From the NCBI GenBank assembly GCA_030704615.1, contig CM060732.1, positions 49,476,001 to 49,540,000 of the forward strand: 64,000 nt of DNA, given 5' to 3'. Under the pieces are notes generated by a model. The model was not told the origin of the DNA, ran no database searches, and saw only the letters and a program-made list of their open reading frames with translations. Below are positions 50,056-61,353 of this stretch, one piece after another. The position numbers and the translations under genes are program-made. Origin of the DNA: Takakia lepidozioides (Eukaryota > Plantae > Bryophyta). Numbering within the stretch: position 1 is the first letter of the stretch; every line of letters starts with the position of its first letter.

Positions 50056-52422
50056 ATGGCGTTGATGGTTAGAGGAGAGTTTCTGGGAAGCCCTAATTGC
50101 AGGCTTTGCTCTCTCTCACTGTGCGAGCTGCCATCGTCGTTTTGTTCGCAGACTTACTGTGGCCGCCCTCTTTCGTCTACTTCTACTTCAGCCATAGCCA
50201 CTGTCATTGCTGTGCATTGCCTACAACCCGTACCTCCTCTATCTCTTTTTGCTTCTATGCCAAAACTTAGTTCTGGCTGTGGAAACCCTCCTAATATATC
50301 TCGATATTTTCTTCACGTGTCAAGTACTTTAGTGACCTTAGATGTGGACAAAGAGGAAGATGAAGAAGAGATAGAGGAAGAAGACGACTATGAAGATGAC
50401 GGCGACCAGAGGGATGAGAAGCTGGAAGTGCGAGAGAGAGGTAGGGAGGGCGTGGTTAGGCGCTCGTTTCGGCTGTTGGGGAACAAGGAGAAGAAGGAGC
50501 TTAGGGCATATGCGCACCAACTAGGCAAAGACATTTGTGTGCACCAGGTCTCTCTCTTCCAGCCTCCTTTTTTGTCTTAGTGCGGCTCTTTCTCCGTTTT
50601 CAACTGGAAAAAGGGAAGCCTCTTGGATCAATTACAGTGCGCCTCATTCTTCTTTTCCCTCGTGAAATAGCAGGCATCCCAGATTAAACTTTGTGAACCT
50701 TGGTAAGGCAAGAAATGTCAGTACAATACCAAAATGACAATCCATCCGTACTAAAAACTAACAGCACAACTAGGTGGAGCCCCTCAGAAGCTGAGGACAG
50801 GCAAAGAGTACTAAAGCCTGGCAAGGCCACAACCAGCTAGCAATGCTCGGGTGGGGTGCAAGCAAGCCTTGAAGTCAAGTTGTGTTAGTCTCAACAGATG
50901 TTGCCAATGTTTAATTTTCAAGTTTGTGACACCCACAAATTGAATCTTGAGTGTAGGAAATTTCCTGTCCAATGTCACAAATTTTATGTTGTTTGGCCAG
51001 CACAATTTATGTTGCTCATTGTGGCTGTTAGAGGAAAACGCCTTAGTCCTTGGGGGATTCCCAAATCTCTCGCAAATTACCGGATGGATTGGATAAAATT
51101 TTTGTTTCCTCATTTGCGATTGGAGTCTGACGCGGGCCTCAATGTGTTTGTCTTTGAGTTGGCAGGTGGGAAAATGGGGAGTCACTTCAACTGTTATCAC
51201 AGCGATCAGTGATGCTTTGGAGGCTAATGAACTCATCAAGGCATCTCTCTCTCTGCCCTCCTCCCAGTTGTTTTTTTGTCTGCCTGTTGGACTCTCTCAC
51301 CACTCAATGGAACATTCATGTCGGAGATGAGTCAGTCTCGAAATGGAATATTATTAGCTTGGAGGGAGTATGGCGGTTCCATACTGAGATTTCCACCAAA
51401 CCAAAAGCATTCCATTCCTTGGAGGCCAATGGCCACATGGGTACAACATGTGTGTCATTGCAAAGCATTACATTTTTCACCGTATTCAGTCTTCTCTCTT
51501 GTCTTGTCTTCCTCTTTTTCTGCCCAAACTGGGCATGGGGTCTATGGCCAAAAGTCTACGGAAAATGTCTTACTACTACATTCTTTTTGTCTCCCTCTCA
51601 TTGGGCATTATGTTGATATCATAGATCCCTTGTTTATTTTCCACTATGCATTGTTTTGCGTCTTAACTTTCGAGTTCACAATTCTTATTACACAATGGTC
51701 TCCATCATTGGAACGGAAAAAGGACGAGTGTTCCGTCTTCCTTTGAAGTAAGCTGCCCCAATGTTTGAGTGACCTACGCTACATGAGGTGTGCTTGTATG
51801 CATAGGACATGATGTACTCTTTCTTGACTGTCATCCTACATTGTAACAGGTGAGGGTACTAGATAACTGTTCTGATGAGCTAGATGATACTGTGAGGGAA
51901 TTGGAGGACAAGACAGAAGCCCAAATTGTGGGGCATATTGGGCGCACACTTTTGCTGTACAGACCCAGCCTATGCAAACTAGCAGCAGCCCAAGCAGCTC
52001 AAGAAAAGTCACAAGCTCGACCAAGGAGAAGCCGTCTGGGGATGTCTACAGGACAGGTGCGTTCCCATCCCTTTCCACAATGTCGTAGAATGACGGATTT
52101 CTATGTGAAGTTTTCATGTTTCTCTTTCCATGGCTGAGTTTTGGTCAGACTGGATGTGGAACTTCAGGTGGATTTGGTGGTCAGTAATACAGTACCTGTA
52201 TATTTACCTTGGATAGCCTACACTGCCTACAGTGCTATAATTTGGTTGAAACTGAGAGACTTGGGAGATAGCAACCTTTTTTGTGTCGTATCTGCACAGT
52301 TAAACTGCCACATGAATTGCTTGCTCATTCCATTTTTATGTGCGCAGAAGCCTAAAAGTTCGTGTAAAGGAGCGTCCAAAGCCAATAGCAGATTTGGGAA
52401 ATCGCGAGCTTCTACCAGATAG
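50056..52422 (+). CDS. Single CRM (CRS1/YhbY) domain RNA-binding protein, probably organelle-targeted
   Basis: Exons 50056-50547, 51166-51240, 51850-52056 and 52348-52422 give KEKKELRAYAHQL...QVGKWGVT...DALEANELIKVRV...VGHIGRTLLLYRPS. Confidence 0.9.
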
Positions 52423-52707
52423 TCAAACCATTGTTTGTATCTATTGGCATATTTCGCTTGCCAAATGGATGCAAATTGTTGTCATTCTGTAGATGAGGGG
52501 AAGTTTCAAATTCTTTCCCAAATCATCACCACTCTTTATCAGCTTAGATGGAAGTCCCCCAGAGCAATGTACTTATTCTTCAAGGGGGAGAGCTTTTCTG
52601 CCAGTGGCTGCAATTTCTGCCTTCAACATTTTTCGTCCCCTTGAAAAAGTGTCTGATGTGGCCCCAAAGGAGATAGAGCGGAATATGTGTTTGTTTATGG
52701 GTAGTTC

Positions 52708-52841
52708 ACTCAGTAGGGTGAATATGAGATGTTAGATGAGGGAGACAAAGAATGGAGTGAACTTACATATGGACATGGAGACTGTGTGCTAAGCAAGATG
52801 GGCATTTTTTGGTTGGGTGTCTCCAGTATTAGACAAGCAGA
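52708..52841. repeat. About 130-bp direct repeat of 45778-45905
   Basis: ACTCAGTAGGGTGAATATGAGATGTTAGATGAGGGAGACAAAG...AGACAAGCAGA occurs at both sites. Confidence 0.85.
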
Positions 52842-54121
52842 GGTGATGTATATCGGGCAGCCCAAACGTTTTTTTCTTGTTGAGGGCCCAACATTCTCTC
52901 TGGTATCCTGAGGTTCACGAATTGGTTAAACCTTCCGGGCTGAAGGTCGATCAAATTGAGGCCTTAGTGAAACTGCGATACTGTGCTGGGTCAGGTGCTC
53001 CATAATACAAAGAGAAGACGAGGACTTGATTTTACGGAAACCAAATCTGCATTTTGAGATTCCTACCATGAAGTTTCCATTTTGTATTCTGCTTGAGCAT
53101 GCAATGCCTGTTACAGAGAGCATCTTGCTGTAATCACCTCTCCAGCCGCTTTATCCAAAGGTTCTGTCAGCATCCTTGATGGAAACCTTCTTATTTTCTT
53201 TTAGAGTTGGTCTAAGATGCCTGATAAATCTGCTTGTCAGGTGACCATTTGAGCCCAAGGTCCTTTCCCTCAAGCTGCATTACCCCCGGTTTGTGCGTCA
53301 CAGCCCCAGGTACAACCCTCTCTGTCAAGGATAGGATAATGGAGTTTTGTAGCAGGGTGTAGAATAGGTCTCCAAGTGCAATTGGCTTCAAATCATGAAT
53401 ACCTTGTACTTTGGTCTTTTTATAAAGCTATGCAGGTTTCTCTTGTACTGTCTCATCTCAAAACATTGCCCTGTCATTGCTGGAAGGGCTGTGGAAGCAG
53501 TACTCCACCTTGGGGGGCAGCTTACTATGTTCAAAAGAGACCACAGTCACAGCATGGGAGAGAGATTTTCATGCAATGTGACTACCTAATATCGCTATGG
53601 AAAATGTGCAGGTGAGGTGACATCTCCCAAGACAAGATTGACTTGTTGCTAACAAGCTGCTGGTACAATGTTATGGAAGGTTTTTGCTCAGGACACTCGC
53701 CAAAAGATAAACGATCCAATTCAGTTTGACATTTGAGATTTTCAGAAGTGAAAGAAACATGAAATATATTGAAATTTTGAGGTTGCAAAGCAGCATTGGA
53801 AAAATCTACTAGGTTCCAACATTTGTGTGGCGGTAGCCCTTGATTGGCCATTGGTGAATGGCTTCCGGCTAGAGCAGACTGTCCGGAGAGCTGCTCAGTC
53901 TTTGTAAGGTAGGAAGTGGACTATCAGGAAATGGTGCATGGTCTGAGTAGTATGGATGGTGCTGAGGGTAGGGACTTGCCACTATGAATTATCCTGCAAT
54001 AACAGAAGATCTTTGAAGTTGTCCAATAGTAGAAAATTCGGCTCAAGACTGGCTCCTTATCTGTTCGATGATGTTTTGTTGCCTTTAAGCCAAAGATGTT
54101 CGACCTTGGGAAAGATTGTAA

Positions 54122-57100
54122 ATGGTAATCATCCATAGGCGGCCCCTCAAGGTGCTGAAACAACCCTTTCCATGCCATGAACGGCGTAAATAGTTGTGGA
54201 TTGCGCATTTGCTGCAAATCACACCAACTATCAAACTCTTGGATAAAATCATCCAACTCGATGGTGCCCACCGCCCCAGAGTACCTTCGTGGCCCCTTGG
54301 TAGCTCCATACATCTCCTCCATTGTGTCCCACAACAATGGCAAAGAAACAACTTGCACCGCCGGTATGAGTCATCCTGATTCACAATCCAAATCAGAACC
54401 TTCCGTGGAAGACACAGGAGGTGAAGGTGGCCTAAACCGCACACCTCGTCTCGTGTACCCACTAGTATCGCTAGTGCTCGAACCGGCACTATCCCCAGCA
54501 ACTAGTGGCACCTCCGTGTTGACACTCAACCGGTCATGAACATGTCCCTAACCCCCTCTCCACAAGGTAACCGGGTAGAGAACCTGTTGCGGCTTATGGT
54601 TTGGAATACTAAGTTCCTAACATAGCCTACACCTGTACCTGCATCCACCGCAAGCACTCCTATGGTTGGCTGGTCATCACCTCCAACCTCACCACAGGAG
54701 AAACAATGATGGTCTGGCTGGTCATCACCCCAACCGCACCATCGACAGCATGCTCTAGGACTGGCCGGTGATCAAATCCGGACCAATCACCTATAAAAAC
54801 AAGCGCCCACACAAACTAGCATGGCGCACAGTCAAGCATGCAGGTATGGAGGGGATCCAAACACAAGAAATCAGAACGACAACTCCACGGTGTTGCTCCT
54901 GCAAGGACACCCCAGCCCAAACCCGGACTGACTCTTGCTTCCACCTACGGAAAGGTCTTGGCCTAATGAGAGGGTGGAAACTACAAGGAAGAGAAGCTAA
55001 AGCAATGCCTAACCCCAGCATGCCCTCATCCCAACACTCTTCCTCTCCTCTCTTCCCTCACTTGCATGACCATGGGAATATCATGAAGATACTCCTCAAA
55101 CCGCCCTCCACGAGCTTCAAAATTCGGCTTCCAGACCACATGCCAGTCCTTAGGCAGTCCACCAGTGCCTCCACGAGTCAGCACAGGCCGTCCACAGGTC
55201 AACACGGGCCACCACAGACCAGCAACAGGCCCACACAGCTCACTGGTCACAACCGTCAACAGTCCCACAGGCCACTGGGCACAGCCTGTCCACAGCCCCT
55301 CACAGCCCCAAAGGCCTCAGGCACGGCTTGTCACAGCCCCTCACAGCCCGTCGTCACAGCCCCACAGGCCACTGGGCACAGCCTGTCACAGCCCCGCACA
55401 GCCCGTCACAACCCCACACACAGGCCACTGGGCACAGCCTGTCACACAGCCCCTCACAGCCCCTCACACCCCACAGGCCTCAGGCACGGCTTGTCACACA
55501 CAGCCCCTCACATCCATCACAGCCCCAAAAGCCATGGGCACAGCCTGTCCAGCCCCTCACAGCCTGTCACAGCCCCACAGGCCGGGCACAGCCTGTCACA
55601 TCCACACGCCCCGCACAGCTCGTCACAGCCCCACAGGCCACTGGGCACAGCCTGTCACAACCCCTCACAGCCCCAAAGGCCACGGGCACAGCCTGTCACA
55701 GCCCCTCACAGCCCGTCACAGCCCCACAGGCCTCAAGCACGGCCTGTCACACAGCCCCTCACAGCCCATCACAGCCCCAAAGGCCATGGGCACAGCCTGT
55801 CACAGCCCGTCCCGCACAGCCCTCACAGCCCCACAGGCCACTGGGCACAGCCTGTCACAGCCCCGCACAGCCCGTCACAGCCCCACAGGCCTCAGGCACG
55901 GCCTGACACAGCCCCCACCACCAGCCCTCACAGCCCCAAAGGCCTCAGCACGGCCTGTCCCACAGCCCCTCACAGCCCCTCACAGCCCCAAAGGCCTCAG
56001 GCACGGCCTGTCACAGCCCCTCACAGCCCCTCACAGCCCCACAGGCCTCAGGCACGGCCTGACACAGCCCCTCACAGCCCCTCACAGCCCCATCCATGGC
56101 CGCTCTGGCAGTTTAGAGCCATTTCTCCAAGGGGTTTAGCCACGCCAAGCTAGGGTTTGTGTCTCTTGGACTCTAGGCTTCTTTTCCACCGAGCTATGGC
56201 GGCTGTGAGGAAATCAGCAAGGTATTCTTGCTCTTTCGGCTCCCACACACCACCATAGTAGCCCTAAGCCATGAGGTGGTTGCCACAAACCAAGCCTTCT
56301 TTCTCACTTAGCCTCCCCAAACACGTCACTAAACTCAATGGCAAACAACCAAGCCCTGCTGGTTCCCAGCCCTTGTGAGCACTCATTCAAGCACTCTCCT
56401 TGGCCATAGCATCTGTCTTAGAGCCTATTCTAGCCCCCTACACCTGCTGCTTCAAGAGTTGCGCTCCCTTCAAGCTTGAAGTTGAAACCCCAACTCACAT
56501 AGGCCCTACAAGTGCTTTTCTTTCACTCCAAGTGGAAACCAGCCCTAGACCTTTCCGTTCTAAGCTCTCTGAAGCTTGAAAACAAGAGCCTCAATGGGCT
56601 GAAGGCATGCTCCACACATGCCCCACTCTCACCATAAGAGAATCAGCCCCTTTGCTCCATTTCTTGCACCCACAAACCTGAAAATACAAGCTTCAGCAGG
56701 CTGAAAGCATGCTCCCACATGCCCTACAGGGAAACCAGCCCTTCCTTCCTTTCTTTCTGCACTCCCACACCTGCAAGTGCAAGCCTTCACCAGGCTGATA
56801 GCATGCTCCACACATGCATTGCCCTCACATAAGGGAAGTCAGCCCTTCCCTCTTCCTTGCTTGCCCTCCAAGCTTGAAGATGGAAGCTTCAATGAGCTGA
56901 ATACATGCTCCACAATGCAACCTCTTCACACAAGAGATATCAGCCCCCTATCTTGGCTCCTTGGCTCCTTGATGCTCTCTAAGACAAGACTAAGCACTCC
57001 ACAACCTTGCCAAGCTCCTGAAACCCTAAGGCTTACATTTCCAGCCACAAGACACTTCTCTTGTGGTGCAAGAGCTCTTCTTCCAAGCTCTGAACCCTAG

Positions 57101-57948
57101 GTGCACATTCCATGGCCTTGCCGCATCTCTTAGCTCCTGTTCCAGCCCTGCTCTTGCCATGACAAGAGCCCTCTCAATGCTGAAGCTCGAGATTGAAACC
57201 CAATCTCACCATACTCCACAAAGTGCACTGATTTGCCCCAAGCCAAATCAGCCATTTCGCTTGGTCTTGCAATCCTTCACACAATGAAGCTCGCATTCCC
57301 AAGTCCAGTTCTCAGCTTTGCCACCAAGCCACTATAAAAACCTGCTCTTGACTGGTCCTCTTCCCAATCGTGCTTGCTCAGCATGTACACAATCTGAAAC
57401 CATCAAGGTGCTCTGGAATTACCTGCAGCATTGTGCTTTCATCTCTGAAGCTGAAGATCGAATGCCAAGGTCACCACCTCGTAACCCACATCGCCTCCGC
57501 TTCTAACAACCAAGAGCTCCACGGTGTTTCTTGCATAACAACTTGGTTTCTTCTCTCATTCTCAAGAAAAACCACAAGTGCTACAACTAACTCGTATTTG
57601 GCAACTCACAGATACGAGCTGATCTTTCTCGAGTGATAGAAGAAGAATACAAGCACGAGCTCACAAATCTGAAGCATAAACTCATGCATATATAACCTCA
57701 TCACTCATAATACAAGTCAAGCCAAGTGCACCCCCACGCCATGGGGAATCCACACTACGGCGCCATAGCTAGGCGCGGTGAGGCTCAACTCGAGAAAGAT
57801 GAGCCTTCCGCGCTTGCCGTGAAGATAACCACTCCAGGGCCTAAATTGCTTGACCCCTGGATTGACACTTGGGCCAATCCCAAATGTCAATATTCGTAAA
57901 AGCTACTCTTCCTAGCTAGTTTCACACTAGTGGTAAAATAACTTGACA
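54122..57948 (-). mobile_element. DNMT-retrotransposon copy 2, 5' part (L repeat, PBS, leader, gag start)
   Basis: L at 57634-57948 (TGATAGAA...AACTTGACA). PBS 57618-57633 is complementary to 57789-57804 (15/16). Gag MEEMYGATKGPRRYSG...PPMDDYH is identical or nearly identical to copy 1. Confidence 0.9.
55258..56092. repeat. Degenerate tandem array built on TCACAGCCCC within the copy-2 leader
   Basis: Dozens of CACAGCC units with a higher-order period of about 50 bp. Confidence 0.92.
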
Positions 57949-60417
57949 TCAACGATATCTTTTGAATTGTGAATAATTGAAATAGGATTGGTTGCACCTA
58001 CCAACACTACATGAGACAATTGATTATGTCATTGTTGACTTAATAAGTTGAGGCACCTCAAAATGCAAACAAGCCACCCCGCATCTTAAATAATGGATTA
58101 TCTATTTTCATAAGAATGACCATGTAAAACCTCTAGTATAGGTTTTTGATGCATGAATGTGCTCCTCCATCTAATGCTGATGCTCAAATGAACTTTGTTG
58201 CATTTTGTGAACACATTTTGAATATACATGTACATTACAAACATATATGGACAATGTCGTACAAGCCGTTGGATCAGCTATGGACGTCTCTGAGGAGTTT
58301 AGCTATTTCTACGCTACTTAGGTGTAATTCATTGAGAATATAATAAAAATAAAACAGTGTTTACTTCTCAATATGTTGTTAAAAAAAATGTTCTTAAAGC
58401 TCTTAAAGCTCTTAATGTTCTTAAAGGTTGTAACAAAGCTCTGGCAAATATCCGAACAGGCGGATGTTGGAAAAATTTAAGGAGCACCCAACACTGGTGG
58501 TAACAGTATTTGAACTCTGAGATGGGTAGGTGGTGGAGCAGTGGATGCCTGTTAACCGTCTCTGTAGTGCTCACTCCAACGTTGACATTTTAAATCTGAA
58601 ACATCGTCATCGTCATCACAGAAGCTTTTGCTGGAGCGGGGTTCAGCTCTGTTTTCACTCGATGCTTGGTCTGCAGATTGTAACAGAGTCTTAGAGTTAG
58701 AAGACGCTTTGAGTGTTACTCATGCTGAGTTGCACGTAGTAGTCCTTGTTCATCATACTCACGTTAAGATATATGGAGAGAGGTATGTCAATCTTACCCC
58801 ATCCTCTCGCGTTTGGGATTGCCTCATGAGTGTTCTATCTCCTCTTTGCTTCGTTGATCACACAGGGCCAAAACCAAAAGAAGTACTTGATTAACTTGCA
58901 TGCCATGCAAGAGGGACAACACTACACATGCAATCAACGCTGCATGTAACGAGTAATAAAGGATTTTTTCAAAGAGTGGAGCACTGCATGCAATTAGGGC
59001 AAGAAGAACCCAATAACCAAGATATCACAGTTTCCAGAAATCCCATATGGAAACTTGACCGACGTCAATCAACTGGGAACCCCATAAGTGAGGACGCATT
59101 GCCGAGGAAGGAAGCATAAGAAACTACTTACAACAGCATCAAATTTCGGTGGTAACCTTATTGCAAAGGTATACAATTTGTTAACTGGTCTGCGGGAAAT
59201 GCCTCGAGAGAGGGGCAGGTCAGCAAGCAGAACCACGGAAGACCAGAAAAGCCATATCAGTGCCTCCTGGCAGGAAGGCCAAGAAGCCAAAAGGAAGAGT
59301 GTCCCAGAAGTCCAAAGTGTCCAAGTATAAGAAAAATGTCAGAGCTTTATCTGAGACCACCCATAATGGTACCGACGTATCAGACATGGGGAGCGATGAG
59401 ACCACTGATCCTGTTGGGTACTTGTGTTAGTGCATAACCTAGGTGATCTAGGGTTCAAAGTGTACAACTCAACAGTCCTTTGTGATGTAGTGACACTATA
59501 ATGTATGCTTCCTCCGGGAGCAGTCATCTTTCTTTTGTGTGTGGGTGTGTATGTCCCCAATGCATGCATCTAAGGAAGCCCAAAAAGGCCAGAACAGCAA
59601 AGCCCAAGACAAGATTCTGTCGGGTGTAAGATTCCATAATCTGGGTTAAAGATTCCACATCCCAGAACAAAGATTCTGCAACCCGGGACAAGACTCCAAA
59701 GCCCAAAAATGCAGCGAATTTTTGTCAAAAGACTCCCTTTTTATTGCGCTCCTACCTCACTACAGCAAAATGAAGGGGTTTTTTTCCAGTTCTTCGCCAA
59801 AATATGAGAGAGATTGTCGCCAGAAATCCGTCTGATTGCCATCGTGGCCCTGTTAGAACGTGCCACCTGTCATATAGTGATCTGTTTACAGGTGCCAGCT
59901 CGTTTTTCTGGCCACCTGTGGCGCATGGTAGAATACACAGGTGGCCGCTCGCGCTACTTTTGATACATGAGAAAAAAATGCTAAGCAGCAGGTATAGAAA
60001 AGCCCGGCGGGCATGGCAAAGCCCAGGACAAGATTCCGTTGGGCTTAAGATTCTGTAGTCTGGGCTACAGATTCCATAGCCCAAGTTTCCGTCCGCATGG
60101 CAAAGCCCATGACAGTAGTCTGGGCTAAAGATTCCATACCGTGGGACGAGTATTCCGTAGCCCGGGACAAATTCCGAAGCGCAGGGCTTCCTCCTTTCTA
60201 CCCGGTGTGAATTTAGCTGCGTAAAAATACCGCAGGTATGTATTTTTGAGCTCCATGTACACCGCCTGGAAATATACGTACATGTCTTGCAACTGTCCAG
60301 AGACAGAGACGGACACACGGAGTGGACAGCTCGACAGAACCCACGTTTACACTCGGACCTCACTTCGCTGACGATCTGCACTCCACTCTGCGGGTTGGGT
60401 TGATTGAAGCTGCAAGG

Positions 60418-60921
60418 ATGGAAATCGCAGCAGCAGCAATGGACGAGATGGTATCGATTGTGGAGGGAGTGACAGGCGATCTGCGCAGGCAATTTCAGGA
60501 TTTCACAGCGGGAAGCGGCAGCTTTCTGGACCCTATCCTTGGATTTGTTCATGCAGTTGATTGGACAGAGCCGTGGTTGATAGGTCTGATGGTCTTCCAT
60601 GTTGTGATGCTCGCAGTGGCCGTGGCCAGCAGGAAGCACAGCAATGTGCAGATGACTCTCTTCTTCTCTGTGCTTTTGTGTGTGTACTATGCAGAGAGAT
60701 TGAACACATACCTGAACCGGCACCGGAAGAGGTTTGCGCGACAGCCCTATTTTGATTCCCAGGGCCTTTCCCTGTCCACCGTGTGGTCGGGCCCCTTGCT
60801 GTTGGTGTCTACCCTAATTCTTGTCAACAGCTTGTTCACTTTGACTAGCCTGCTTGTGAAATGGAATAGAGCGGAGCTCAAGCATCGAGCTCGTGTCTAT
60901 GGGGACAAGAAGCAAGAATAG
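60418..60921 (+). CDS. TMEM18: Transmembrane protein 18-like, intronless
   Basis: VDWTEPWLIGL..FH, YYAERLN, YFDSQG, WSGPLL and KW.RAELK motifs in an open 167-aa frame. Confidence 0.8.
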   Translation: MEIAAAAMDEMVSIVEGVTGDLRRQFQDFTAGSGSFLDPILGFVHAVDWTEPWLIGLMVFHVVMLAVAVASRKHSNVQMTLFFSVLLCVYYAERLNTYLNRHRKRFARQPYFDSQGLSLSTVWSGPLLLVSTLILVNSLFTLTSLLVKWNRAELKHRARVYGDKKQE

Positions 60922-61353
60922 GCCTGCATCGCCCTTAGGGCATATGTTTCAAGGTTTGTCGACTGACCTCATGTGGCCATCATCTGCTCGGCTGTGATGC
61001 CATACTGGCAGATGCCAAAGTCGCAACTATGACTAGTGAATGACTGAGACAGGTCCAATGTATTTTTTCCTGTCTGCAGATCTCCATTTTCTAACTGACC
61101 AACTTCACAAATGATGAGAATCTTTCTCACCCACAAGGCAGTCGGATTCAGAGAAAGAAAGCATTGGCAAGTGTCACAAAGAAGTGCCTCAATGTCATCA
61201 GTCGCATCCAAGCCTGCTAATTGTGCAGCTGCTGAGAATTTGGCAACTGACAGATGGTCTTTAGTAGAGGAACCCCCTAGCATTGGACCTGCTGAGACTG
61301 ATGACTCTTGGCCTTGAAATTGCTGGCCTGCCAAATGCAAAGAGCAATCTGGT

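Noticed and set aside
52926-54120. Identifiable host gene
   Set aside because: Coding-like but riddled with stops; no family could be recognised.
54768-56153. Long Pro/His/Ser-rich ORFs (461, 324 and 192 aa)
   Set aside because: Open frames produced by the stop-poor tandem array.
59752-60723. 323-aa minus-strand ORF
   Set aside because: Antisense shadow of the TMEM18-like gene plus repeats; no recognisable domain.
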